From NCBI GenBank assembly GCA_013115125.1, contig JABANN010000012.1, positions 1-64,000 on the forward strand: 64,000 nucleotides of DNA, in the 5' to 3' direction. A model generated the notes under the pieces. The model saw only the letters and a program-made list of their open reading frames with translations. It made no database searches and was not told the origin of the DNA. Below are positions 22,425 through 33,450 of the stretch, in pieces. The position numbers and the translations under genes are program-made. Source of the DNA: Perkinsus olseni (lineage: Eukaryota). Positions within the stretch are counted from its first letter, which is position 1. Each line of letters begins with the position of its first letter.

Positions 22425-24008
22425 CTAATGACCGGACAACTGTCTTGAGAACTGCCCAATGACCGGAGGTACCGACCCTGCATGGGTCGATTCTACGGCA
22501 GCGACCAGGTGCTTTGCGAAGGACGACTTCCTCAACGCCGGTAGCTGTTCTTTCAACTTCCACACCAGCCGACTCCGTTCGATCATCTCGCTCGGTGCTA
22601 ATTCAAGTAGCCGTGACACGATGGCGCATCCGTAGCGATCTCGCAACATAACAGACAGGGCCGCAGCCTCTCCAGCACTGCCACCCCACGCCACAATGGA
22701 AGCAGCCTCATCACCAGAGTCTCCAAGTACCACCGAAATCACGTGTGCCAACTCGGACATGCTCAAATGCTGCAGACACTTGTCCACCACATTCGTGGAG
22801 AACTTGTGGCACGACGCGGCCGCAAAGTCCTCCATCACGTAGCTGTATATTGCCTTGCGGTCTCTCTGTGTGCCATAGACGATGACATGTTGGATAACAT
22901 AATTGCCAAATGAATTAGTACTCAGTTCCGCGCACGCCCTGACAATCGATGTCCGCATCTTGGTAATCATATCAGTCGGACAAGTCTCGAGTAACCTCTG
23001 TATCACCCTACAGCCGCACGCGTGAGCCGCAAGCCAGCTCGCTGAGGGCGTCACCGCATCCACTATAAACTGCAATTTCTGCACCGGCCGCTCCACTTCA
23101 ATGACCTTCTGAATCACATGATTGCCATGAGCATCTTCCACACACTCCTGTATCCTCCCTTTCAGCTCACTCACCAACAGCGCGTGCTGCTGTGGCAAGG
23201 GCACACACGTTGCCGCTACGGCCCGCTGTATCACCCGACAACCGTACACATGCACTGACAGCCGGAAGACCTCTCCAACAAGTTGCTCGACTATCAGGCC
23301 CAATCGTGTCTCGTTATCGGCGCTCGCTTCAATCATCTTCTGAACAACATAATTACCATAACTATCAGTCGACAAATCAGTGACATGCTCCAACAACTCG
23401 GACACTATCAAATTAGCCTCGCCCTCGTCAACTGAATCCAGCCTGAGTTGGACGAAACGACACCCCCATTGATCAGTAGCTAGCTGCAAGATGTGCCCTT
23501 TCACATCATAAATCGTCTTAGCGTGCTGCCACAGTTCCTGAAGCTCGCTCTTCACCGCGTCTTTCCCACCATCCCTTTGCTGCTGCTGCCCCCGTTTCTT
23601 GCGTCCCTTCCCCGCTACTACCGGCACACTAGTCGAGACCTCAGGCGATACCAGTGGAGGGGTCACCAGAGGCGCTTGCCGATGAGGTTTAATGATCCCA
23701 TCTTCGACAACACTGCCTGTCGAACCCGTCGGTGCTCCATCCGAATCTCCTGGCGACAGGGACGGCCTGGCATCATCCCCACGAGTCGCGGGCGCTGGAG
23801 GCTCTGGAGTGTCTGAACCCAGCTGTCCTCTGATGTGCTTCTCCAAGACCAGCGGTATTTCCGTGGTTGGCAGGTACTTGAGGATATCCACCCAGCCCAT
23901 ATCTACCTCCGCCTCCGGTGTGTCTGAGGCTTCATCCGGCGAGTCGACAAGTTCCAACAAGACGTCCGAGGCGAGAGGACGACGATCATTGTCGTGCCGT
24001 GTAACCAT
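22425..24008 (-). CDS. Pumilio/PUF RNA-binding protein (intronless)
   Basis: Eight PUF-like repeats (DQWGCRFVQ, DSYGNYVVQK, HVYGCRVIQR, DAHGNHVIQK, HACGCRVIQR, NSFGNYVIQH, HKFSTNVVDK, DRYGCAIVSR). First in-frame ATG after the upstream Met taken as start (24008); the ORF is open to 24215. Confidence 0.93.
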   Translation of the reverse strand: MVTRHDNDRRPLASDVLLELVDSPDEASDTPEAEVDMGWVDILKYLPTTEIPLVLEKHIRGQLGSDTPEPPAPATRGDDARPSLSPGDSDGAPTGSTGSVVEDGIIKPHRQAPLVTPPLVSPEVSTSVPVVAGKGRKKRGQQQQRDGGKDAVKSELQELWQHAKTIYDVKGHILQLATDQWGCRFVQLRLDSVDEGEANLIVSELLEHVTDLSTDSYGNYVVQKMIEASADNETRLGLIVEQLVGEVFRLSVHVYGCRVIQRAVAATCVPLPQQHALLVSELKGRIQECVEDAHGNHVIQKVIEVERPVQKLQFIVDAVTPSASWLAAHACGCRVIQRLLETCPTDMITKMRTSIVRACAELSTNSFGNYVIQHVIVYGTQRDRKAIYSYVMEDFAAASCHKFSTNVVDKCLQHLSMSELAHVISVVLGDSGDEAASIVAWGGSAGEAAALSVMLRDRYGCAIVSRLLELAPSEMIERSRLVWKLKEQLPALRKSSFAKHLVAAVESTHAGSVPPVIGQFSRQLSGH

Positions 24009-24598
24009 AGAATTAGAGAAAAATAGTAACTGCTGGTCGACGGCCTTGGAATCAGTCCGCAGGGTGAGTAGAAAGATTGACCCAACACTAGGACACCAAG
24101 TCGAGCGGAAGCGGAGAATCGCAGCCTGACTCCAGCCGTGACCACTGCACTGATAAGCAGTCCAAAATAGCATTCTTGTCGCAACATTTAATAACACTTT
24201 CACGGGTTCCAACAAAAGGATACTGTTGGTCAGGGTTATTATTCTACTGGAGAGTCGCGTAGAAGAAGGCCATCACGGCCATCGAGACGGCGACTCCCAC
24301 GACGTTGACCTGTGACAGAAGTAGCTGGGGGACACGATGGCGACGGTTGGTGTACTACCGGCTGTCCCCTCGGTGAGCATGCTAATCCCATCGCAGTCGC
24401 TAAGCCATAGATAAGGACGGTGTCAGACGTTTCCTTCACGACGGACTTCCTCGCTGGTCCTCTTAGTGCACTGATATTTCGAATGCATACTCGATAACTG
24501 AGATTACACAACGGACGAAAATGCCCACGGGAAGATTTGAACCACAGACCTAATGATTAGTAGAACAGGACTCTAATGGTTAAACTATACGACGATTA

Positions 24599-26613
24599 TT
24601 ACATCTGCCACAGGGATCTCGGAATCACCAAGAAAGTAAGAAGAAGGCCGGGACAGTTGTACTTGTCCATAAGCCAAGCTGTAATGAAATGAGGCGCCAC
24701 CTGCAGCGTTGCGAAGTACCTAACATTCACCCGCCTGCAACGGACATTCCACACAACTGGCCAGATTTCGTTCGCCAGCGTTTCTAGACAGGGCGAGGTG
24801 GCGAACCGAAGCTTACACGCGGCTGAGCTTAGGGCCCAACATCGATGCAAGGGTGTTCACTCCCATGGCCTTGTCCTCTTCCATGTCTCGAATATTATTG
24901 GAGTTGAGGATCTGATGCACCATGAATGAGGATCAAGGTAGCTCGAGAGGGACTCACCGCCACGACCAACAGCAGGATGGGTAACGTGAATAAGAAAATC
25001 TCGCCAAAGATGGGCGTGGACTGATCCGGGTTGGTGAGGCAGAGAAGGAAATAGTACGTCGTCATCGGGCCGAAGGTGATGAAGCTGAAGCGAGGGGCTA
25101 TGGAGACTGGACTGAGAAGTGCTGAGAGACTTACATAAGGAGGTCACCAAGGCCGATGTATTTGAACGGGAGAGGACCGGCAGTGTATATGAACTGAGTA
25201 GAGGAACGGTGGGAGCCGCAGCGAAGGTCGCCGTGTCCCTTACCGCAGCGAGACCGCCCACGGTTGCCAAGACTGTAAGTGATAGCTTGTACTCAGGGGG
25301 GACCATCATGCCACAACGGACAAGTAGAGCGACGAACAACCCGAACAGAGACGCCGCCGATGCTATCTGCACATAACAATCAAGTGACGCAGCTGGCCAT
25401 CCCGAATCTAGTATCCGAGTTCCCAGAAAACATCGGGTTAGTACATATACGAGTACGCGCCAAGCAGCATTGCTTCTGCAGCAACAGAGCTGTTTCGATC
25501 CGTACTCAACATGATCATGGGCCCCTCTCAGCCCGTCTTATTACCATAGTTCGCATGGACATATGACCATCAACGATCGACCTATCGGCTGCCGTCTCGA
25601 CGTTATCAACTCCGTTCCACAGATCCGCAATCGAGTTTATCTGATTCGCGGAGGCTTGCACCGCCACGAGTGAAAAAATCTGAACGACGCGAACAGGTAT
25701 CATCGATCTGGGAAAGTGTCAATCGTATTATTACCAACTCGGTCACGTGGGGCACGCTCGAGAGCTCCAATCCAAGCCAATTGACCACAGCAGCCGTGAC
25801 CAGCAGTGGAGCGAGAGCCGCGGGAAAGGTCCAAGGCCGAACGGACACGAACTAGGATGATAGACGATGCTGCATCGAGGAGCGGTCATGGGATGGTAAC
25901 GGTACCCAGGTGAGGAAGAGGGAAGGCCCTTGCGAGATCTTGGACAGCCTAGCAGCTCCCTTCAATGCCACTATCAGCGCTAAACGTGGAGCTAGCTGTG
26001 TTGTGTTGAACCCTAAGGAGAAAAAGCAGGCGGACGGTCGGTTGAGCGAGAGTATAGAAGCGCTTACCCATGGCTAGCACTCTAACGAGGCACTGACACG
26101 CTGTCGCCACGGTCATTAGTTTGGTACCGACCATGAACACGGTCCTGTTGCCGAGCACAGGAACTGGACCGATGAGCGTCGCAATGCATGCACATCCACT
26201 GATGAGGGTGAATACCTGAATACCCGTTCGCCTTCAACAACACACAAGAGCTCCAGCCGGCTACTACCCAATGGATGACGATGCAAAATTGTCTCGGCAG
26301 AGCGGGGAAGGCCGGATTCACGAGCTCGTCCACAGTTCCAGCGAAAGACCTGCGGGAATTTCCGAAGTTAAAGGGCGTGAGTCTCCGTCTCACCTTTCCT
26401 CGGTCCATCCGCAGGACCAAGCGAACCAGGCGGCCAAGGCTCCCGACACGACCATCTCCACTACAGGCAGCATCCTGATAAAGATCGTTGCACAAGGCCT
26501 GCCTCAGTAATCCCCTACTTGCTCTCCTTTGCGACGTGCGGCTTCTCCTCTACCTTCTTTGACTTGCTATTCCCAGCAGCAGCGGCAGCTGAGGACTTGC
26601 TCTTGGCGACCAT
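24599..26613 (-). CDS. UbiA-superfamily prenyltransferase, MenA/UBIAD1-like (multi-exon; 5' exons uncertain)
   Basis: SVRPWTFPAALAPLL, VQASANQINSIADLWNGVDNVETAADRSIVDG (NxxxDxxxGxD motif), hydrophobic downstream exons. Linking to the MVAKSKSS exon at 26613 is inferred. Confidence 0.8.
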
Positions 26614-26766
26614 TCTATGCAACTTCTGGAACAGCACTGAGGAGATAATTGACGCTTTGTAAACACACGGCCAATACAATCGTTGTAAGCAGATTCGAAA
26701 CACGTGGAGAGAGGCACATGCGTCGCACGTACCCAAAAATTTACGTCCCTCCAGAAATTGTCAAAA

Positions 26767-26841
26767 TGCCGGGTGCTGGAATTGAACCGGGACCTTCCGG
26801 TTGGCAGAAGACGCTCTGCGTTACCGTCTTACCCCGTGGGC
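26767..26841 (-). pseudogene. Degenerate tRNA-Gly(GCC)-like sequence (tRNA pseudogene or SINE head)
   Basis: Minus strand GCCCACGGGGTAAGACGGTAACGCAGAGCGTCTTCTGCCAACCGGAAGGTCCCGGTTCAATTCCAGCACCCGGCA followed by TTTT. Has a B-box GGTTCAATTCC and a CTGCCAA loop, but acceptor and anticodon stems pair poorly. Confidence 0.6.
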
Positions 26842-27572
26842 AGTGAGGGTCGTTACTGATAATCTTCGAGACTCAACTAATAATTTCATTACTGAACGGT
26901 AATTATCGTTCACTCCGGTCAAGAGTACATCGTCGCCGACGCCGAGTCACAAACAAGAAAATCGTATGTCGCGGATGAGGCACAGACCGCGGCGGCCAGC
27001 CCGACGAGGTATTCCTTCGGTGAGAGGAGAACAGCTCGACGAATACAGTGAGCCCTGTGGCTCTTCTTCATAGTGTGATGTATGGTAAGAGCTCAATGGA
27101 GATGCAGATAAGCTGGCATGCGTCCGAGTTTCGATCGGTGGGAGTCGTACGTACGCCACTGGACACAACTTCATCATGATGAACGCGATGAAAAAAGTCT
27201 CTTGACTGCAGTTATCTGGTTACGGAAGTATGCGCAGAGCAACTGACCGGAAGAACTGCAATCGTGGCTGCCAAAGCGAAACTTTTCAGCGTTCTCTGAA
27301 AACCAAACTTGCTGCATCACGCTTATCTCACGTGAGACCAACAAGTCAGAGGTGCTCATTGGTCGAAAGTGGGGGAAGCCAAGCCGCAGTGATAGATTCC
27401 GTTTGAACGAATCGACTTCCGAGAGGCATGACGATGCTGCGCAGCAAGGTTGCGAGGAGGTTGAATAAATCGATACATAAAACAAGTCATTCGGCTGACT
27501 GCAGCACAACAATACGCAGTCCGTATCTTCACGGCTACCCGATCCGTTCGGCCGGTGCGTGCTGACCAAATC

Positions 27573-28832
27573 TCAGAACTGGAGAACTGCACCATAAACC
27601 CCTATGACGATGACAACTAAGCCGATCGCAATGAGTAATACATGCAGGAGAAGTTCCCATTTTGCGAAGGGTAACTTGTGCTGCCTTTTTATTTTCATAT
27701 AGCACGCGATGGGAAACAGAATAGAGATCTGTGTCACACAGAGGGCGCCTATCATGCTCACCAGACTACTGACGTCGGGGACGACTATCGCTATGCATCC
27801 ATCAAGAATGACGAGACAAGTCCGACCGACAAGACAGGCGATCTTGGTGTGCGAGGCAGACGATTGCCTCCTCTCACCAACGTTAGAGCTCAGCACGTCG
27901 ATCTGCTTCGCCGTCGGCGTAAACAGAACGAGGAAATGTGGTAACATGACTATTAGTATCACAATATTGATGAGCCAACCGAAGACGTCGAGAGGCTGGC
28001 CGGGTGGGGATATCGCGTCTACGATCGTATCGACCTTCGTTAGGAATTGGCCATACGCCGCGTAGCCGAGCTCCATAACGGACATGTACAACAGAGTTAT
28101 CAACAATACCGCGGCAATTAACGTTTTGGGGAAATCCATGGGCCTGTTCATGTGGTAGCACACCGTGGGACTCGTCGCCGTGAAAGCAAAGACGAAGAAG
28201 TAGGAGGCTAAATTCGACAAGAAGTCGATAGCTCCTCGAGGCGCAGTTACAAGGCTGTCAGGGGCGCTACCAGAGATTAACCTGTTAGCCGAAGCAACGA
28301 GAATAACAATGACCATGGCCGAAGCAGATGTGACACCAACAGCCGCGACGAGACCGACGTCCTTGACCTCCTTGATCCACGAGAAAGGTATGCCGATAGC
28401 GGTCCAGATCAACGCCCAAATGCGCTTATGAAGAATATGGGTCATTGCATAACACGTTGATCCGAGCAGTACGAGCATCGCGGAGCACACTGATACTAGG
28501 AAGACATGGATGATGACCCCAAAGTAGATCGAAACAGCGGTACCGTAAGAGGCTCGAACAGCTTCCTCGTAGCACCTAACCACTTGATTTTCGCCATCAG
28601 CGGCAAGGTGCAGAGTTTTCCACAGGAGGATGTTGTTGTAGAAGGTGACGGCTGCCGCGAAGGCGAGGCCGATAAGACTGCCGAGCCACCCGGAGCGAGT
28701 GGCTGTACCCGGTAGCGCCAAGATGCCGACGCCAACACAGCCCATAACAATAGTGCAAGCAGCTCTCATCCACCCTAGGCCGGTCGCAGTGTTTGGCACA
28801 TCAGCAGGAGTTGTTTTGATGTCGTCTGTCAT
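27573..28832 (-). CDS. Amino acid transporter (AAAP/Aa_trans family), copy 1, 419 aa
   Basis: MTDDIKTT...IVMGCVGVGILALPGTATRSGWLG; about 11 hydrophobic segments; HMNRPMDFPK motif. Confidence 0.92.
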   Translation of the reverse strand: MTDDIKTTPADVPNTATGLGWMRAACTIVMGCVGVGILALPGTATRSGWLGSLIGLAFAAAVTFYNNILLWKTLHLAADGENQVVRCYEEAVRASYGTAVSIYFGVIIHVFLVSVCSAMLVLLGSTCYAMTHILHKRIWALIWTAIGIPFSWIKEVKDVGLVAAVGVTSASAMVIVILVASANRLISGSAPDSLVTAPRGAIDFLSNLASYFFVFAFTATSPTVCYHMNRPMDFPKTLIAAVLLITLLYMSVMELGYAAYGQFLTKVDTIVDAISPPGQPLDVFGWLINIVILIVMLPHFLVLFTPTAKQIDVLSSNVGERRQSSASHTKIACLVGRTCLVILDGCIAIVVPDVSSLVSMIGALCVTQISILFPIACYMKIKRQHKLPFAKWELLLHVLLIAIGLVVIVIGVYGAVLQF

Positions 28833-29819
28833 ATGGCAGCACGAGGAGAGGCCGTACAGCTGCAACTCGCGCATTCGGAAATTGAGGACAAGGAAAGCCC
28901 ACCGATATCCACGGGCACTACTCGAGTACTTCCTAACTGCTTGATATTCGTACAGTGGCTGTACTACAGCCGTCATAGTTCGCCACGCCCCTGTACATGC
29001 GTATCCATGCCCTGTGTGACGCGAGTCAATCGATCCCTCCAAGTTAGCTACACTAGCGCCTCTTCTTTCCAATGGAAAGTTTCCATACCTCGGATCGTAT
29101 CGGCAGTGCTCATCTGTTAATGACGCCATGGTCGCAACTCGATCGGCTTGCTCTTCGCGCGCAAATCTTACGGCGTGAGGCTTCGGGGTCCGGAACTCAA
29201 GGGCGCTTGTACGCCTCAGCCCAAGCCAATATGTCGTCGGTAAAGTCAACTTGACTGTAAGTGGCTGTGCGAAAGCAGTTTGCCCCTGTACTTTGGTTCA
29301 TAATCACTACGAGTTGAAAGGCGGGAGGTAGACTCCCATTCGAGCTCGCCCACGCGGGGAATTAACTTTGCACGCGTGCACATCGTGCATCGCGCACGAC
29401 CGGGTAATGTTCGTAATTGGCGCCAAGCGAGGCCGACACAGGCCGAGGCACCGACCAAGTCGCGGTAGCCGGGCGTTGCGGGATACACGAGAATGGCCCG
29501 GAGGGTGGATATAAACTTCTTAGGCCGGTAACGTTCGATTAGCTCTACAGCATCGCGTGGAATACAAGTTGTATTATACAACCGCCGACTTGCTGGATGA
29601 ATTTCCGTCCGCCGTATCGCTGGGTCGGCCCCATTAGGTAGCCCGCCGTTATCTGAAGCACTGCTCCCTCTCGGATCTGAAAGACTCAGTCGAACAATGC
29701 ATTGTACTAGAACTCGCAGGTCTCCAGCCTTGCAACGCCTCTGGCCGCCTGCTACCGAGACCCTGCGGGCAGGGCAACAGAAATCTACCACCACGAAGGG
29801 TGAATGGAGGCACGACCCT

Positions 29820-30440
29820 TTCGGATCCCAGAATCTGATCTTCGAACCCCTTCCCGGATATGAGCGTACCTGTGGGCCGTGTCTGGTTAACCAGCGGGTG
29901 CTGGTCCAGCACCGCTAGATCTCCCCCTGGGCCCCAGGGCCTGGGGTCCTCCCAGTGCGCGAAAACATGGTCCGCCGCTCTGGTTAGCGTGTCAGATACT
30001 ACACGCCGCCAGCCAACCGAAGAGTTGATCACACAGTAAGCTCACAGAGCATTCAGCAGCCTCCTTGCTTTCACGCGGTCACTTCACCATCTGCTAGCAT
30101 ACGCGGCTACAGCTAGCCGCTTAAGTTAGTTCCACAGGGGAGTCCACAGCGTCTCTTATGGGCGGCACTGGTAGTGTGGGACGCGCATTCCATCCAGTGG
30201 CTTTTGCTCATCAAGCAACCAGGCCGGAGGTTCTCCTACTACAGCGGTACCAGGGAGGGTTTTTGGCCTACATGTTGCTCAGGTGCGCCTGTTGACTCGC
30301 GTAGCAGTTTTGATGAGCGCACTCGCTCGGCATCCCTGACAGTGCTGGCTGACCAGTCTCAGGACTCGAAGACCTCTGAAACTTGGTGAGCACTAGAGCA
30401 CGATAGTTCGCAACGTACAGTATATTGTGAGATCTCCGAT
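29820..30440 (-). pseudogene. Degenerate duplicate of the 3' exons of the coiled-coil gene (33451-34220)
   Basis: Collinear nucleotide blocks such as GGATATGAGCGTAC, GGTCACTT..CCATCTGCTAGCATAC..GCTACAGCT, CGCGCAT.CCATCCAGT.GCTT and CGCTCGGCATC. Confidence 0.75.
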
Positions 30441-30468
30441 TGGTGGTGGTGGTGGTGGTAAAAATTTT

Positions 30469-31896
30469 CTACTTATATGCACAGAAGACGTGACACAACG
30501 CAGCCAGGCGGCGCAACCTCGGACTCGGGGGTCGAATTTGTTGATTCGGAAAAATCGAGCCGCGACAGAAAGACGAGAAGCCGATGCCGTCGAGGCGGCC
30601 AGACTTCCCGACTCCCCAAAATTTGTTTAAAGAACCTCCGAAATGCACAACCGCACCGTAGAGCCCTATCACGATCACCATGAGCCCAATCACGAAAAGC
30701 AATACGAGGAGAGGCACTTCCCACTTAGGGAAGGGATACTGGTGTTGCCTCTTTATCTTGACGTAGCACGCGATGGGGAACAAGATAGAATTCTGTGTCA
30801 CACAGATGGCGCCTATCAGGCTCACCAGACTGCTGACCTTGGGGACGACAATGGCTATGCATCCATCAAGAATGACGAGACAATTCCGACCAACAAGACA
30901 GGCGATCTTGGTGTGCGAGGCAGACCATTGCCTTCTCTCACCAACATTAGAGCACAGCACGTCGATCTGCTTTGCCGTAGGCGTGAACAGAACGAGGAAA
31001 TGTGGTAACATGACTACCAGTATCACAATATTGATGAGCCAACCGAAGACGTCAAGAGGCTGACCGGGTGGGGATATCGCGTCTACGATCGTATCGACTT
31101 CCGATAGAGATTGACCATACGCCGCGTAACCGAGCTCCATAACGGACATGTATACCAAGGGGATGAAGATCATCGCGGCAATCAAAGTTCTCGGGAAATC
31201 CATGGGTCTGATCATGTGGTAGCACACCGTGGGGCTCGTCACGGTGAAACTGAACACGAAGAAGTAGGTAGCCAAATTCGACAAAAAGTCGATAGCACCA
31301 CGAGGAATGACTGCGATTTCTTCAGGAATGCCATCAGTAAGCATTTTGTCGGCCGAAGCGGCAATTATAATGATGACCATGGCCGAAGCAGACGTGACAC
31401 CAACAGCCGCGACGAGACCAACGTCCTTGACCTCCTTGATCCACGAAAAAGGTATGCCGACAGCGGTCCAGATCAACACCCAGATACGCTTATCCAGAAC
31501 GCGAGTCATTGCGTGACTCGTAGACCCCATCAAAATCAACATCGCGCAACATACTGAAGCTAGAGAGACGTGGATGACGACTCCCGAGTAAATCGAAACA
31601 GCGGTACCGTAAGTGGCTCGAACTGCTTCCTCGTAGCACCTAACCACTTGATGTTCGCCATCAGCGGCAAGGTGTAGAGTTTTCCACAGGAGGATGTTGT
31701 TGTAGAAGGTGACGGCTGCCGCGAAGGCGAGGCCGATAAGACTGCCGAGCCACCCGGAGCGAGTGGCTGTACCCGGTAACGCCAGGATGCCGACGCCAAC
31801 ACAGCCCATAACAATAGTGCAAGCAGCTCTCATCCACCCTAGGCCGGTCGAAGCGTTCGACACATCAGCAGGAGTTGTCTTGATGTCGTCTGTCAT
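30469..31896 (-). CDS. Amino acid transporter (AAAP/Aa_trans family), copy 2, C-terminally extended
   Basis: Collinear paralog of copy 1. The codon equivalent to copy 1's TGA is GGA (30637-30639), extending the ORF to 30469. Confidence 0.92.
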   Translation of the reverse strand: MTDDIKTTPADVSNASTGLGWMRAACTIVMGCVGVGILALPGTATRSGWLGSLIGLAFAAAVTFYNNILLWKTLHLAADGEHQVVRCYEEAVRATYGTAVSIYSGVVIHVSLASVCCAMLILMGSTSHAMTRVLDKRIWVLIWTAVGIPFSWIKEVKDVGLVAAVGVTSASAMVIIIIAASADKMLTDGIPEEIAVIPRGAIDFLSNLATYFFVFSFTVTSPTVCYHMIRPMDFPRTLIAAMIFIPLVYMSVMELGYAAYGQSLSEVDTIVDAISPPGQPLDVFGWLINIVILVVMLPHFLVLFTPTAKQIDVLCSNVGERRQWSASHTKIACLVGRNCLVILDGCIAIVVPKVSSLVSLIGAICVTQNSILFPIACYVKIKRQHQYPFPKWEVPLLVLLFVIGLMVIVIGLYGAVVHFGGSLNKFWGVGKSGRLDGIGFSSFCRGSIFPNQQIRPPSPRLRRLAALCHVFCAYK

Positions 31897-33450
31897 ATGG
31901 CAGCACGAGGAGAGGCCATACAGCTGCAACTCACGCATTTGAAACTCGAGGACGTGAGAAGCCCGCCGGGATACAAAGCACTAGCCTGGAACCTCCACCT
32001 GAGAGTTAGTGAATAGCGGTTCGATGAAAGGAGGCCCACTAGGTTTCAGCACGCCTGAATCCAGGCGGGAACATGACGGTGATAAGAGTTGCTAGTAGAG
32101 CCGTCCAGGTTCGGCGCGTCAATGTATATGCGTACACATACAAGTTGATCGATCTTCACGAGTTAGCTATTCTCGTAGTTGCCCCGGCATTCAGCTCGCC
32201 TCAGGGTGCATCCTCTTGTACATGCGTACGAACTCATGTATATGGGTGCAAGGTCTGGGGACCCTACAACAATTCATGGAAAACACCCGCTCTGGAATGA
32301 AGGGCTGCAGCGTCATAATATCGCGCAGCTACGGCGCTCCCATCGTGATCGGTTGAGATCCGTTCCCTCATTCGGAGCCGTCTGTCTATCGGTAGATCAG
32401 TTTATCAAGAGTGCCTCAAAACGTTGAGTAAACCTTCGTATGCCTTCATGCGCAGTCGGGGGTCCGACTCATAATGAACGGAACGGCACACTGCAGTTTT
32501 TCCGCAATGTTGCTCTTGCTGTTGTTGAAATGTTGCACCTTTTGAAGTTCCGCCGTGGACCCAAATGATCTGGGCCAAATCGCGACAGCGATTCCGGAGC
32601 GCGCGCTCTCAGCTTCGAGGAATCGAACACTTGCTCCGCCAAATTTGCAGGGACTGTAGTATAGGTGTACTTTTCCAAAGATAATCCTCGCCGCGGCATG
32701 GCGGGTATCGGTATATCGTCTGAAAGCTCGTCCTATCCACAGAGAATCTTTCGCCTCACGGAGCCCGACTATGGGTCACAACTATTGTCAACATGTAATT
32801 CGAGGAATGATACAGCAGACGCAGCTAACTTCATGCAGGTTTGCCAGGGATTATTAGCGGCTTGTCTTCAAGCCTTCAATCGATACTAATCCATATTGAT
32901 TCCATCGCCCATTCCACAGACCACTCGAGCCATGGACCTCGAGTAGCGTCAAACTACATCAAACACGATGATACCGTGATGGTCGCGGTACTCAGTACCA
33001 GAACGGGTCACCCCAACACTGCCAGTGTTGGTGTTACACTGGGTTAACCGACTCAGTACGAGCTAACACTTGCCAGACCTCTAGAACCGCGTCGTGTGGC
33101 GTTTGGCCCACTGCCACGTGTCACCATGGCTTAACGCTTGTACCGGGACACCAATGTAGAGCATCGTACCGATTGTTTCTACGCCAAGAATGATTCACAG
33201 AATACAACCGTACGTTGGCTGGTTGAAATTCAAATGCAGCTTCTCATCAAGCTGTCACCCTTAGGCATCCCGGCGTTATCCGGAGAATTCGCCCCCTCTC
33301 TGATCTGTGAAACTCTACTGCGTCTCAACTCGCTTATTTTTAGTCAAACGTACTGGAACAACAGTCAGACAGGGCAGCGGGCATCGAGTCGGGTGAAGCG
33401 ATACTCATCGAGCGCTACCCCCGGGAGCAGTGAATGGAGGCGCAACTCTT

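Noticed and set aside
28833-29249. N-terminal extension of the 558-aa transporter ORF
   Set aside because: Mostly not conserved in the paralog; both copies give the same length from MTDDIK.
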